Below are positions 19,072 to 28,453 of a DNA stretch of 47,306 nt, piece after piece. The position numbers and the translations under genes were made by a program. The DNA is from an uncultured Alphaproteobacteria bacterium (GTDB lineage: Bacteria > Pseudomonadota > Alphaproteobacteria > Rs-D84), in contig CALXXY010000005.1 of the NCBI GenBank assembly GCA_944392815.1, positions 1 through 47,306 of the forward strand, given 5' to 3'. The notes below the pieces were generated by a model. That model made no database searches, was not told the DNA's origin, and saw only the letters and a program-made list of their open reading frames with translations. Positions within the stretch are counted from its first letter, which is position 1, and every line of letters begins with the position of its first letter.

Positions 19072-19126
19072 AAAAATTCTCCTTCTTATGCTGACATTTT
19101 ACCACATAAATATAACAAAACAAAAA

Positions 19127-19420
19127 TTATTTAACACTGCATTCAATTGGCGCGCCGTCGTTCAAAAACATTGTCCAGTCAGTGCCCTGATTCCATAATG
19201 TGATGGCGGCACCGTTTAATTCACCGACATAACGCGCCCCAGATGCAGATATTGCGTGTGTCAATGTCGTTTCGCTGTCATTTATCACAGCGGTCAAAAT
19301 CTCGCCATCGTCCGATACAGACAGCGCAACATCATATTCGCCACAAATAATACGGGAATCCGCATCACCACATGCCCCCAATGTCGCACTTAACAGAATT
19401 GGTATAAAAAATTTTTTCAT
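19127..19420 (-). CDS. MliC/PliC-family lysozyme inhibitor lipoprotein
   Basis: Lipobox LGAC; signature ISASGARY...LWNQG; paired Cys; GGAGGG RBS. Confidence 0.85.
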   Translation of the reverse strand: MKKFFIPILLSATLGACGDADSRIICGEYDVALSVSDDGEILTAVINDSETTLTHAISASGARYVGELNGAAITLWNQGTDWTMFLNDGAPIECSVK

Positions 19421-19442
19421 CTTTCCCTCCATTATTTTGTAA

Positions 19443-21497
19443 TTAAAACACGCCACCAACAACCGGGCCCGATTTCGCCGCATTGCGTTTGGGCGCAGGA
19501 TTTGGTGATTGGCCTGGTTTGAATGCCTCGGTAATAATCATACCATTTGGATCATCGGACGCGGCCGCCCCAGACATACGATTTACGCGTACGAATGTCA
19601 TGCCGTCCGGGACAGAAAATGGCTGGTTGGTTTCATCGGCCAGTGCCGTTTTCATAAAATCCGCGAACACGCGTGCGGCCATATGACTGCCCGCGCCACG
19701 CCCCAGTGGTGCCGGCATATCGAACCCCAGGTACACGCCCGCTATTAAATTTTTTGAAAATCCAACGAACCATATATCTTTGACATCGTTTGTCGTACCT
19801 GTTTTTCCCGCAATCGTATGTCCGGGCACACGTGCCTGGCGGCCAGTGCCGCGTTCAACCGTGCCCTGCAGAATGGATACCATTTGATATAAACTTTGCG
19901 GGTCGGACAATGGCTGTTCGGTGGATATTTTTTCCGGCGGCAATAAATCAGATTGCCATTCAATCATTGTTGGTGTGGTACCGTCCAAACTGCGGCCATA
20001 TCTGTCCTGGATATAATCAACCAGTTTGGGTTGAATCACATATCCGCCATTGACAAATGCAGAATATCCCAACACCAAACGTTGCAATGTCGTTTCCCCC
20101 GAACCCAATGCCATGGACAAATTTACATCGGACAAATTCTGGGGATATACACCGAAACGTCGGGCAACCTCGATAGCGTTTTCAACGCCCAAACTTTGCA
20201 CCATGCGCACAGCCGGCACGTTGCGCGATGTTTCCAATGCATACCGCAAAGGAATATCCCCCAGGAATTTTTTATCATAATTTTCTGGTTTCCACAGCGT
20301 ATTATCCGCGCGCCACCCAACAATCGGCGCGTCCAGAATTAATGCCTCGGGCGAGGTGCCGCGTTCCAACGCCGCCAGGTACACAAATGGTTTTATCGTA
20401 CTGCCGATTTGGCGCATGGCCTGGGTCGCACGATTAAATGAACTTTCCGCGAACGAACGCCCCCCAGACATAGCCAAAATGCGTCCTGTGTGCGGATTCA
20501 TGGCGATGATTGCGCCCTGCAGTTTTGGTTCGTTTTCACCGCGTATGGAATTATATCTGTCCAATTCTTTGTTCAATGCGGCACTGGCGGCATGCTGCAA
20601 TTCGGGCACAATTGTCGTTTTTATGTACAGCCCCTGGTTATACAGTGTATCGCGCCCCAATGTTTCCAGTAATTGACGGCGGACATCTTCGGCAAAGTAT
20701 TGGAAATCTGCGTCCATTTGTGCGGTAAATCCGCTGTTGATATTTAATTCTTCGGCGGCGGCAATATCGGCGTCTGTTTGGGTTATGTACCCTTCTTCGA
20801 CCATGCGGCGCAAAACATAATTACGGCGCGCAATCGCGTTTTCGCGGTTGTTGGGCGCCTTGGGCAGGGCGGCCAAAAACGCGCATTCGGACAAAGTTAA
20901 TTCAGATACCGGTTTGTTAAAATACATCAGCGCAGCCGACCCAACACCGTATGCGCGCGCGCCCAGATAAATCTGGTTCATGTACAAAGTTAAAATGTGC
21001 TGTTTTGAAAATGTACGTTCCAGACGCAGGGCCAAAATGGCCTCTTTGATTTTACGGGAAATAGTGCGTTCCGATGTCAGGAAAAAGTTTTTTGCAACCT
21101 GTTGCGTGATGGTGGACGCCCCAGAAAAACGCGCGTCAAATCCCAACATATGCAGGCCGTTGTTTACCAATGCGCGGGTTATGCCCTGGACATCAATGCC
21201 GGGGTGGGTCCAGAAATTTTGATCCTCGGCCGCGACAAAGGCATTTACCAACTGGGGCGGTAAATCATCGTAATCGATGAATACACGGCGTTCTTCGGCG
21301 TATTCTATTAATAAACTGCCGTCGGACGCGTACAGGCGCGTTGCCACGGGTGGCGCATAGGTTGCCAATTTTTTATAATCTGGTAAATCGTTGCCGTAAA
21401 TAAACACCAATATCGCCAACGCTGCGATACCAAATGTAAAACCCCAAAACAATATGTTCAGAAAAATGCGTAATATTTTTTTGAATTTCATAGCCAT
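19443..21497 (-). CDS. mrcA: Class A penicillin-binding protein PBP1A
   Basis: TG motifs AAEDQNF, GASTITQQVAKN, RKIKE; TP motifs STIK, SRN, KTG; start may be ATG 21491. Confidence 0.93.
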   Translation of the reverse strand: MAMKFKKILRIFLNILFWGFTFGIAALAILVFIYGNDLPDYKKLATYAPPVATRLYASDGSLLIEYAEERRVFIDYDDLPPQLVNAFVAAEDQNFWTHPGIDVQGITRALVNNGLHMLGFDARFSGASTITQQVAKNFFLTSERTISRKIKEAILALRLERTFSKQHILTLYMNQIYLGARAYGVGSAALMYFNKPVSELTLSECAFLAALPKAPNNRENAIARRNYVLRRMVEEGYITQTDADIAAAEELNINSGFTAQMDADFQYFAEDVRRQLLETLGRDTLYNQGLYIKTTIVPELQHAASAALNKELDRYNSIRGENEPKLQGAIIAMNPHTGRILAMSGGRSFAESSFNRATQAMRQIGSTIKPFVYLAALERGTSPEALILDAPIVGWRADNTLWKPENYDKKFLGDIPLRYALETSRNVPAVRMVQSLGVENAIEVARRFGVYPQNLSDVNLSMALGSGETTLQRLVLGYSAFVNGGYVIQPKLVDYIQDRYGRSLDGTTPTMIEWQSDLLPPEKISTEQPLSDPQSLYQMVSILQGTVERGTGRQARVPGHTIAGKTGTTNDVKDIWFVGFSKNLIAGVYLGFDMPAPLGRGAGSHMAARVFADFMKTALADETNQPFSVPDGMTFVRVNRMSGAAASDDPNGMIITEAFKPGQSPNPAPKRNAAKSGPVVGGVF

Positions 21498-21569
21498 TGA
21501 ATTTTAAGATATTTATTCAATGTTTGCAAGTTTTTGGAATAAATAAAAAACCGCCATTCGGCGGTAATG

Positions 21570-22274
21570 TTATAACTCTAGGTGGCCATTCGTGGCAATT
21601 AAATCCGAATCCATGCGGATTTTTCCGCCGGCCTCGCGTACAAGTAAATCGCCGGCCGCGATTTCCGCAAAATCCAACGGTTCAGAAACAAATGCGTCAA
21701 ATTTACCGGACGCAACCCATGCCAAATCCAATGCCGGGCAACCAGTACGACGCACATCACCAATCGTTTTATATGTGCCGGGCGTATTATATGCCACCGT
21801 TAAATCGGCGGGTTCTGTTAAATTAGATACACGTACGCGGGCGGAATGATATGCCGAAAACACGTATGCGCCACGTCCCAATTCTGCGTAATACAGGCGT
21901 TCATCAATTGGTGAATACACCAATGCTATTTTCGTTTCGTCATTTGAACGCAGTGCCAAAGATATCGCGAAATGCGGATTTGCACGAACAAAATTTGCCG
22001 CGCCCGATAATGCCAGCACAAATTCATCGCGCGATGCGCCGTCATGTGTCACATTCGGGGTCAGCAATCCAGCCGCCGGCCGCACCAACAATAAATCAGA
22101 CAGAATGCTTTCTTCTATTCTGGCGGCGGCCTTTTTTACAAAATCACGGGCACCATGCAGGGATTGTTGCAGGTTTTCAACCTCGCCAAAATCGTGGCGC
22201 AGGCCAGCGGCAGTCCGCTGCAACGCCATGAACATTTTGTTTAATTCGGTTGAACCCTTGATCAGCAATTCCAT
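21570..22274 (-). CDS. SuhB/inositol monophosphatase-family protein, catalytically degenerate
   Basis: LRHDFGEVENLQQS..GARDFV, RRTGCPALDLAWVASGKFDAF, IAAGDLLVREAGG; the DPLDGT and WD motifs are absent. Confidence 0.85.
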   Translation of the reverse strand: MELLIKGSTELNKMFMALQRTAAGLRHDFGEVENLQQSLHGARDFVKKAAARIEESILSDLLLVRPAAGLLTPNVTHDGASRDEFVLALSGAANFVRANPHFAISLALRSNDETKIALVYSPIDERLYYAELGRGAYVFSAYHSARVRVSNLTEPADLTVAYNTPGTYKTIGDVRRTGCPALDLAWVASGKFDAFVSEPLDFAEIAAGDLLVREAGGKIRMDSDLIATNGHLEL

Positions 22275-22304
22275 TGCCGTGCCCCCGTGATTAAAATTTA
22301 AAAA

Positions 22305-22517
22305 TTAAAATTTGAACCCTGCAAACTTTGTCTTGAATCCGGCGGCACGCTGGCCCTTTTCGCCGGCGTTGCTGCGTTGGCCGGTCCATGCGGAATGATT
22401 CAAATTGTCTGTGGACAGAACCAAATCCTTTTTAACCGAAGAATACATTTTAACCGTTTTACCATCAGTCATTGTGACGTTGATTTCATGGTATTCTGGG
22501 TGAATTCCTTTTTTCAT
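22305..22517 (-). CDS. rpmE: 50S ribosomal protein L31 (Cys-free type)
   Basis: MKKGIHPEYHEINVTMTDG...HSAWTG...FKTKFAGF. Confidence 0.95.
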   Translation of the reverse strand: MKKGIHPEYHEINVTMTDGKTVKMYSSVKKDLVLSTDNLNHSAWTGQRSNAGEKGQRAAGFKTKFAGFKF

Positions 22518-22591
22518 TGTTTACCCTTTTGATTTCAATAAGCCCGAAAATTATACAAGTATTTTTACAGAAATCAAGCAATAATAGCATA

Positions 22592-23104
22592 TTAATACCG
22601 GCCAATACACCCCAAATATGAATTGCCGGTCGATTCCAGTACATTTATAAACTGCGTCGGGCTGCGTCCTGTGAACAGGGCCAAAATTGTCCCCGCATCG
22701 GTGGCCAACATATCCGCCACGGTCGCGATGCCTGAATTCATTTTTTTGAAAAAACCACTGGCCGGATATATTTCCGCAGCCAGTAATTGATTTTTCCCAC
22801 GGGAATGCGCGCCGCCCGCCGTCGATTCAATAACCATCAGTTGACATTCCGGGGATATTATTAATTTATCCGTGACTGTGGCGTCGGACCCCAATAATTC
22901 ACCCCACCAGCCGGTCGATTCGCAAAATACAGGATAATATACCGTGGCATTCGGATTTTTGGACAATATATCCATTAAATCCGTATCAGCCCCAACAACG
23001 TCCGGCATAACGCCAGTTGCGTTGTTTATAACCTTGCGCGCCAACTGATAATCTGTATCAGCGGTTGTTTTGCGTGGCCAGTAAAGAATCGGAAACTGCT
23101 TCAT
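22592..23104 (-). CDS. Hypothetical protein (alpha/beta)
   Basis: 170-aa ORF filling the gap, co-oriented with neighbours; no family recognised. Confidence 0.65.
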   Translation of the reverse strand: MKQFPILYWPRKTTADTDYQLARKVINNATGVMPDVVGADTDLMDILSKNPNATVYYPVFCESTGWWGELLGSDATVTDKLIISPECQLMVIESTAGGAHSRGKNQLLAAEIYPASGFFKKMNSGIATVADMLATDAGTILALFTGRSPTQFINVLESTGNSYLGCIGRY

Positions 23105-23172
23105 TGATATGAATTATATCAGATTCGGATTGCACAAAAAAGGGGGCGGGGGCAAATAAAGGACTTGATTTT

Positions 23173-24462
23173 TTATTTTTTTAGTGAGGAATACCATTTT
23201 TTCAGGTTTCCCCATGCCGTATTTAAATTTTTTCGTGTCGTTTCGTAAAAACTTTCTGGCACAGAAACCTTGGCAAACAGCGTGCGAATCAGGGCCGGAA
23301 TCATGCCCATAAACATCGCAATGAACAAACCCATTAACAGAATCGTTATTATACTGTCGTTGCGCAACATCAATCCGTCCATCAAAATTGTCGGATCGTT
23401 TTGCGATAATGCCAACGCCAAACGGTCTGCGCCGTCCCATTTGCCGAATACTGCGTTTAAAAACATGACTGAAAACGTTATAAATACGCCCGTTAATGCA
23501 ATACCTGCGGTGGATTTAATCACATCGTCCACCATTTGTTTGATATTACGGCCACCGTCTGGGAATATTTTCCACCCGCGAAACAGCCACGACAGCAGCA
23601 TAAACGGCAACATTACCAAATCCATTGATAATTGGATAAATACCTGCAGAAAATACAGCGGTATCGGCAACAGTGCAAAGAAAAATAATAAAAACACCAA
23701 TAATCCCGCAAAGAATATTGGGATATTTGGAAAAATGGGGATATTCCACATAATGTGGTGCATATATTCTGAATTAAACGACATATTCAGCATGCTCCAA
23801 CCAATCGTCATGCCCAGGCCCGTCATCTGGTGGACGTTTGCAACCTCGCACGCAAGGTTATGGCGCAGGCGTGGCGAAAATGCGCCCGCTGTGGCGGCAT
23901 CAACACTGGCGGCGGCGGGATCCGCCATGGCGGTTGCAACAACGCATGTTGCAAATTCATCGTCACCCGCGATTATTCTGTTTAACGACAGTCCCACATT
24001 AAATACTGGTTCAATTACAACGTCTGTTAACAAACGTGGCAAAGGCATGGCCAGCAATGCAATCACAAAACCCAGTTTGATAAATTTAGTTGAAAAATCA
24101 CTGACCAACGACCAGGGTTCTTCCAATTTTGCGTTGATAAATCCCGCAAACAATTTCCACGCAAACCATACAGCCATTAATCCGGACGCAAATGGAATTA
24201 TAACCGAACCAATTGCGTTATATATGCGTGGCAACAGCCCGGACATGGTTGCCATGATGTCTGAAAACATCTGGCATGACCAACAACTGGAAAAAAAGTT
24301 TAATGCGTCGGCCATGTTGACCGGTGCCGCCGTTCGATAAATTGAAAAACCAGCAATCACACCAACGCCTGCGATTGTGCCGACAAGCAATGGCGCAACC
24401 GCCCCCGCCGAAAACGGCAGGAAAGATAAAAAAACTATCCAGAATTTTTTTAGCCAGTTCAT
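23173..24462 (-). CDS. VirB6/TrbL-like polytopic membrane protein, paralog 1
   Basis: Multiple TMs; SCWSC; FIQLSMDLVMLPFMLLSWLF motif; Lys-rich C-terminus. Confidence 0.7.
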   Translation of the reverse strand: MNWLKKFWIVFLSFLPFSAGAVAPLLVGTIAGVGVIAGFSIYRTAAPVNMADALNFFSSCWSCQMFSDIMATMSGLLPRIYNAIGSVIIPFASGLMAVWFAWKLFAGFINAKLEEPWSLVSDFSTKFIKLGFVIALLAMPLPRLLTDVVIEPVFNVGLSLNRIIAGDDEFATCVVATAMADPAAASVDAATAGAFSPRLRHNLACEVANVHQMTGLGMTIGWSMLNMSFNSEYMHHIMWNIPIFPNIPIFFAGLLVFLLFFFALLPIPLYFLQVFIQLSMDLVMLPFMLLSWLFRGWKIFPDGGRNIKQMVDDVIKSTAGIALTGVFITFSVMFLNAVFGKWDGADRLALALSQNDPTILMDGLMLRNDSIITILLMGLFIAMFMGMIPALIRTLFAKVSVPESFYETTRKNLNTAWGNLKKWYSSLKK

Positions 24463-24470
24463 TGTTTTTA

Positions 24471-24504
24471 AGTATACCATATTTTGCCCTAAATGTGATA
24501 TAAT
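24471..24504. promoter_or_regulatory. Back-to-back extended -10 promoters driving the divergent VirB6-like genes
   Basis: TGGTATACT on minus (24479-24471) and TGATATAAT on plus (24496-24504) within a 68-bp gap. Confidence 0.55.
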
Positions 24505-24530
24505 TGAAAAGATAAAAAATATCCGAGAGA

Positions 24531-25808
24531 ATGAAATTACTGAAACGGGCGTTTATTGGGGCGATTGCGGCGATGGTATTATTTTCGCCGATTGGTGCGT
24601 ATGCCGCAGATAATTCAATTGTTGACGCATTGAATCTGGCGCCGTTGATTCCGACTGTTTTGGACGCGTTGTTGGCGGTGGCGACGGGCGGGTACGAATT
24701 TTTTGTCGGGAATGGTGATGGGATTATATATATTTTGGTATGGGGATTTTTGGCCGTATCAATGGGATTGTATCTGATAAAAATGTATTTCCCAAAAACA
24801 TGGGTATCGTTTTTCGGATTTTCAGGTGGCGGTGAAATGACCGGCGGCGGAATTGATGGGTTCACTATTGCCACCAATATGTTAAAACCCATGATTCGCG
24901 CAATTATTGCCGTGACCGTATTACTGCAATTAAAACCAGTATATCTGACCGAATGGTTGATTAATCCGTTTTTGCAATTTGGTGCAATTTATACCGAAAG
25001 TATTACGAGCACTATCAACGAAACAGGTGTCAACGCGCCACAAATCAACTGTCCGCCGTCTGTGATTCAACAGGGCTGGATAAGTCAGGAAAGTTGTGAA
25101 TTTTTGGTGCAACCTGTATCGGACATTTCACATGCAAATAATCAAATTATCAAACGCGGATTTGATTTTATAAATTCTGGGTTGCGGGGATTAATTACAC
25201 TGATTCCGCACGGTGGTGAAAATTTCCTGAACATAATTACAGGGATAATTTTGGTATTCACCTTTGTCGCCAGTAATTTATTTATGGCCCTGTTGATTAT
25301 CCAGGCAATATTTAATTTTGGTATGGCGTTGGTTCTGTACCCGTTCCAGGTTTTGGCGTATGTTGTTAAATCCAGCGATAAATGGTTGGACGTGTGGCCT
25401 GCGTTCGGCGGCATTACAAAAGCATTACAGAAAATCATCGTCACCATGATTGCGTGCGCGTTTATATTGTGCGTGAATATCGCAATTGTGCGCGCACTGT
25501 TTCAATGGAATTCGTCTGTATTCGTTGTGGCGGCGGGTGGCACGGCCACATCAAATGTACCAACTGTTGCAAACAGCGCGCTGGGGTTTGGCGAACATTC
25601 GATATTGTGGCTGTCTGCGATACTGACGTTCTATTTAATGTTCCGCATATTTAACATGACGCGCCAGCAATTGGATTCGTACGTTGGCAAAGGTATGGAC
25701 AAGTTATACAACCAGGTGACGGGCGACGCGAAAAAAACTGTCGATAATACGAAAAAACTGGGAAAAACGTTGGGTACTGCATTCGGGTGGATTAAAAAGA
25801 AAAAATAA
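24531..25808 (+). CDS. VirB6/TrbL-like polytopic membrane protein, paralog 2
   Basis: Signal-like N-terminus, multiple TMs; IFNFGMALVLYPFQVLAYVVK; periplasmic Cys pair. Confidence 0.7.
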   Translation: MKLLKRAFIGAIAAMVLFSPIGAYAADNSIVDALNLAPLIPTVLDALLAVATGGYEFFVGNGDGIIYILVWGFLAVSMGLYLIKMYFPKTWVSFFGFSGGGEMTGGGIDGFTIATNMLKPMIRAIIAVTVLLQLKPVYLTEWLINPFLQFGAIYTESITSTINETGVNAPQINCPPSVIQQGWISQESCEFLVQPVSDISHANNQIIKRGFDFINSGLRGLITLIPHGGENFLNIITGIILVFTFVASNLFMALLIIQAIFNFGMALVLYPFQVLAYVVKSSDKWLDVWPAFGGITKALQKIIVTMIACAFILCVNIAIVRALFQWNSSVFVVAAGGTATSNVPTVANSALGFGEHSILWLSAILTFYLMFRIFNMTRQQLDSYVGKGMDKLYNQVTGDAKKTVDNTKKLGKTLGTAFGWIKKKK

Positions 25809-27011
25809 ATGAACGATTTTTTGAATTCTTTGGTTGATTCATCTGTTCAGTGTTGGGGCTGTCCTGTGTTTGACCGCCTGTTTCAGATTGTGTCAAATGC
25901 GGCCGCCGCGGTGTATGACCAGTTTGTTGTGTTCTGTGCGATTTTGTTCTGTGTGCTGTTTGCGTTCTATGTCATTAATGCGGTGTGGAAAAATATGCGT
26001 GGCGGGATTACCGATCCGCTGTATCAAAAATCGTTAAAGCCCGTGTTAATCAATTCACTGGTGGCGTTGGCTTTGTTATCCCTGGGCGTTATGTTGCCAC
26101 GTTTTATAACAACAATCACTTTTGAACCCGTGGCGGATATCACTTTGATTTATACGCAAAGTATGTTGCGTACCGACCCGGACGCTGTGAATGAACGCGT
26201 GACGTATCAGCCGATGGAAATGGCGGACGATGGATTTTATCGCCCGCAATTACGCGATAAAATTATTATGCTGATGAAAACGACCATTACGCAATTTCAA
26301 TCCTATATGAAATTGGGGATTGCGGTTATGGATAAAGCGTTTTCATTAAATGCTTTGTTGGGAATTGGCGCACTGATAAAGCATATTATTTTATTCTTTA
26401 TCGGATTATATTTGTTTTACGGATTTTTTAAATTATTCGTGCGATTCTGTTTTTATTTCGCAGACATTATTGTGGCAATGACGTTTTTTGCGTTTTTCTT
26501 TCCTTTGTCATTAATGCTGACCGCGTTCAAGGGCGGCGATGCGCCGGGGTGGATGGCTGGATTGGGCAAAACCATGGGGACCGGACAATTTAAAAATTTA
26601 ATCAATGCGATTATTGCACTGGCGTCGGCTGTGTTGACGTATACTGTCATTATGGTGATAATTGCAAAATTTTTCGCCGAACCCGGACAAAGCGCGTCCG
26701 AAATTATGGAACTGATTACCAATGGCAATATTTTCGCAGGCGATTTGTCGGACGAAAATTTGGCCGCCATGACAATTGGTGGGTGCGTAATTTTGGTTTA
26801 TGTGTTAAACTTTATATACGATCAAATTCCCCAGGTGACGTCCATGGTGCTGGATTCGTTTGGGGTGTCGGCTGAAAATACGTTAAGTGAAAAATTGGCT
26901 GATGACGCAATGAAATTGACAACCAATGTTGTAAATGCTGCAACTGCGTTGGGTAAAAATATTTTATCTGGCGGCAAAGAAAAAGACGACAAGGGAACTG
27001 ATACCAAGTGA
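25809..27011 (+). CDS. VirB6/TrbL-like polytopic membrane protein, paralog 3
   Basis: QCWGC; IVAMTFFAFFFPLSLMLTAFK; abuts the upstream stop. Confidence 0.7.
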   Translation: MNDFLNSLVDSSVQCWGCPVFDRLFQIVSNAAAAVYDQFVVFCAILFCVLFAFYVINAVWKNMRGGITDPLYQKSLKPVLINSLVALALLSLGVMLPRFITTITFEPVADITLIYTQSMLRTDPDAVNERVTYQPMEMADDGFYRPQLRDKIIMLMKTTITQFQSYMKLGIAVMDKAFSLNALLGIGALIKHIILFFIGLYLFYGFFKLFVRFCFYFADIIVAMTFFAFFFPLSLMLTAFKGGDAPGWMAGLGKTMGTGQFKNLINAIIALASAVLTYTVIMVIIAKFFAEPGQSASEIMELITNGNIFAGDLSDENLAAMTIGGCVILVYVLNFIYDQIPQVTSMVLDSFGVSAENTLSEKLADDAMKLTTNVVNAATALGKNILSGGKEKDDKGTDTK

Positions 27012-28453
27012 AAGCAAAACTGATTATGTTTGCTGTGCAATTTATTATGGGCGCAATTGCGTTGGGTATTGGTATTTGGTATTTGTCGTCGTCCATTGGT
27101 GGGGACGCCATAACATACACCAGCATGAACGGATTTTTATCTGCAATTGGTGTGGAAAATGGTGATATAGCGTCCGCAAATGGGTGTTTCCTGTGCGGAT
27201 ATATCCAGGAATTATTCGCGGTTATTGGTAATGCAGCTGAAATGTTTTGGACCGCGATGGTTGACAATATCTGGATATTATTGGCATTGGGATTTGGATT
27301 GTTTTTATTTATCTATACAGGTCAATATATTTTTGATGCCGCAAAAAAAACAGCCACGCTGGATACAAATGAAAAAAAATTGGAATTGGCCGGGTGGTTT
27401 GACAAAGTTTGGCGCCAGGGCGCGCGTGTGTTGATTGTTGGCGCGCTGATGGGTGCATTGGGCATGGGGGGAACCGCCGCGTTGCGCACTGTGGCAAATA
27501 TTACCATTACGCCGGTATTGTTTGTTGGGGCGGAATTATCCATGGTCGCCAGTGGTGTATCTGATGCCGCGCAATGTGGCGCGATTGATGCCGCGAATAT
27601 GGACGACAATGTGTTGGCGCCGATACTGCAACCGTTTATGTGCGCGATGGGCAACATCAACAGTGTTATGTTGGCGGGGGCCGCGGGCGGATTTTCGTTG
27701 ATGAATTATGCCTGGCTGGATTTGGGTGGCGGAATATTTACATGGATTGCGGGTTTGACGTTGGTGCTGATGTTTTTAATCATTGGGTTTGATTTGGTGT
27801 TCCAGGTTTTATCCGTCATATTCAAATTGGTGTTTATTATCATATTTCTGCCACTGATATTGGCGGCCGGCGCATTTGAAAAAACGTGGAGTTTGGCCAG
27901 TGGCGTTGTTGGCAATGCTGTTAATATGCTGGTTAAATCTGCGATTCAAATCGTCGCCATTACGTTAAAAGTTATCATAATGTATGCGATTGTTGCGTAC
28001 AGTGCCGACGCGTATTTCCCGGGGCCTGTTGATGGATACAGCGCGATATTGCCCCCTATGATGGGACAAACTGTGCAAAATCCAGATGCACAAACGATGT
28101 CTGTGATAAATGTATTTTCCACATGCGAAGCCGCCGCAACCACAACCGGCGAAATGGACGCTGACGCGTTTCGCGATTGTTTCACTGCCCAGAAAAACGC
28201 AGTCGAAAATGAATACCCGGGCGCATTTGATTTTATGCGAAATGGTTGGGATTTCCTGTTGATGATGATTATGATTTTCGCATTGTATTTCTGGATAGTG
28301 CGGCCAAAAGTTGACGCCATATTCGGTTTGGACAAAGCAGGCACAGGCGAACAATTCGACTTTGGTAATTGGGCCAAAGATTTAGGCACAAAAATTTGGA
28401 ACACACCAAAACAACTGGCGGGGATTTTCACCAAAAAAATCGGTAAAAAGTAA
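27008..28453 (+). CDS. VirB6/TrbL-like polytopic membrane protein, paralog 4
   Basis: GTGA overlap; GCFLC; IFKLVFIIIFLPLILAAGAFEKT. Confidence 0.7.
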   Translation: MKAKLIMFAVQFIMGAIALGIGIWYLSSSIGGDAITYTSMNGFLSAIGVENGDIASANGCFLCGYIQELFAVIGNAAEMFWTAMVDNIWILLALGFGLFLFIYTGQYIFDAAKKTATLDTNEKKLELAGWFDKVWRQGARVLIVGALMGALGMGGTAALRTVANITITPVLFVGAELSMVASGVSDAAQCGAIDAANMDDNVLAPILQPFMCAMGNINSVMLAGAAGGFSLMNYAWLDLGGGIFTWIAGLTLVLMFLIIGFDLVFQVLSVIFKLVFIIIFLPLILAAGAFEKTWSLASGVVGNAVNMLVKSAIQIVAITLKVIIMYAIVAYSADAYFPGPVDGYSAILPPMMGQTVQNPDAQTMSVINVFSTCEAAATTTGEMDADAFRDCFTAQKNAVENEYPGAFDFMRNGWDFLLMMIMIFALYFWIVRPKVDAIFGLDKAGTGEQFDFGNWAKDLGTKIWNTPKQLAGIFTKKIGKK

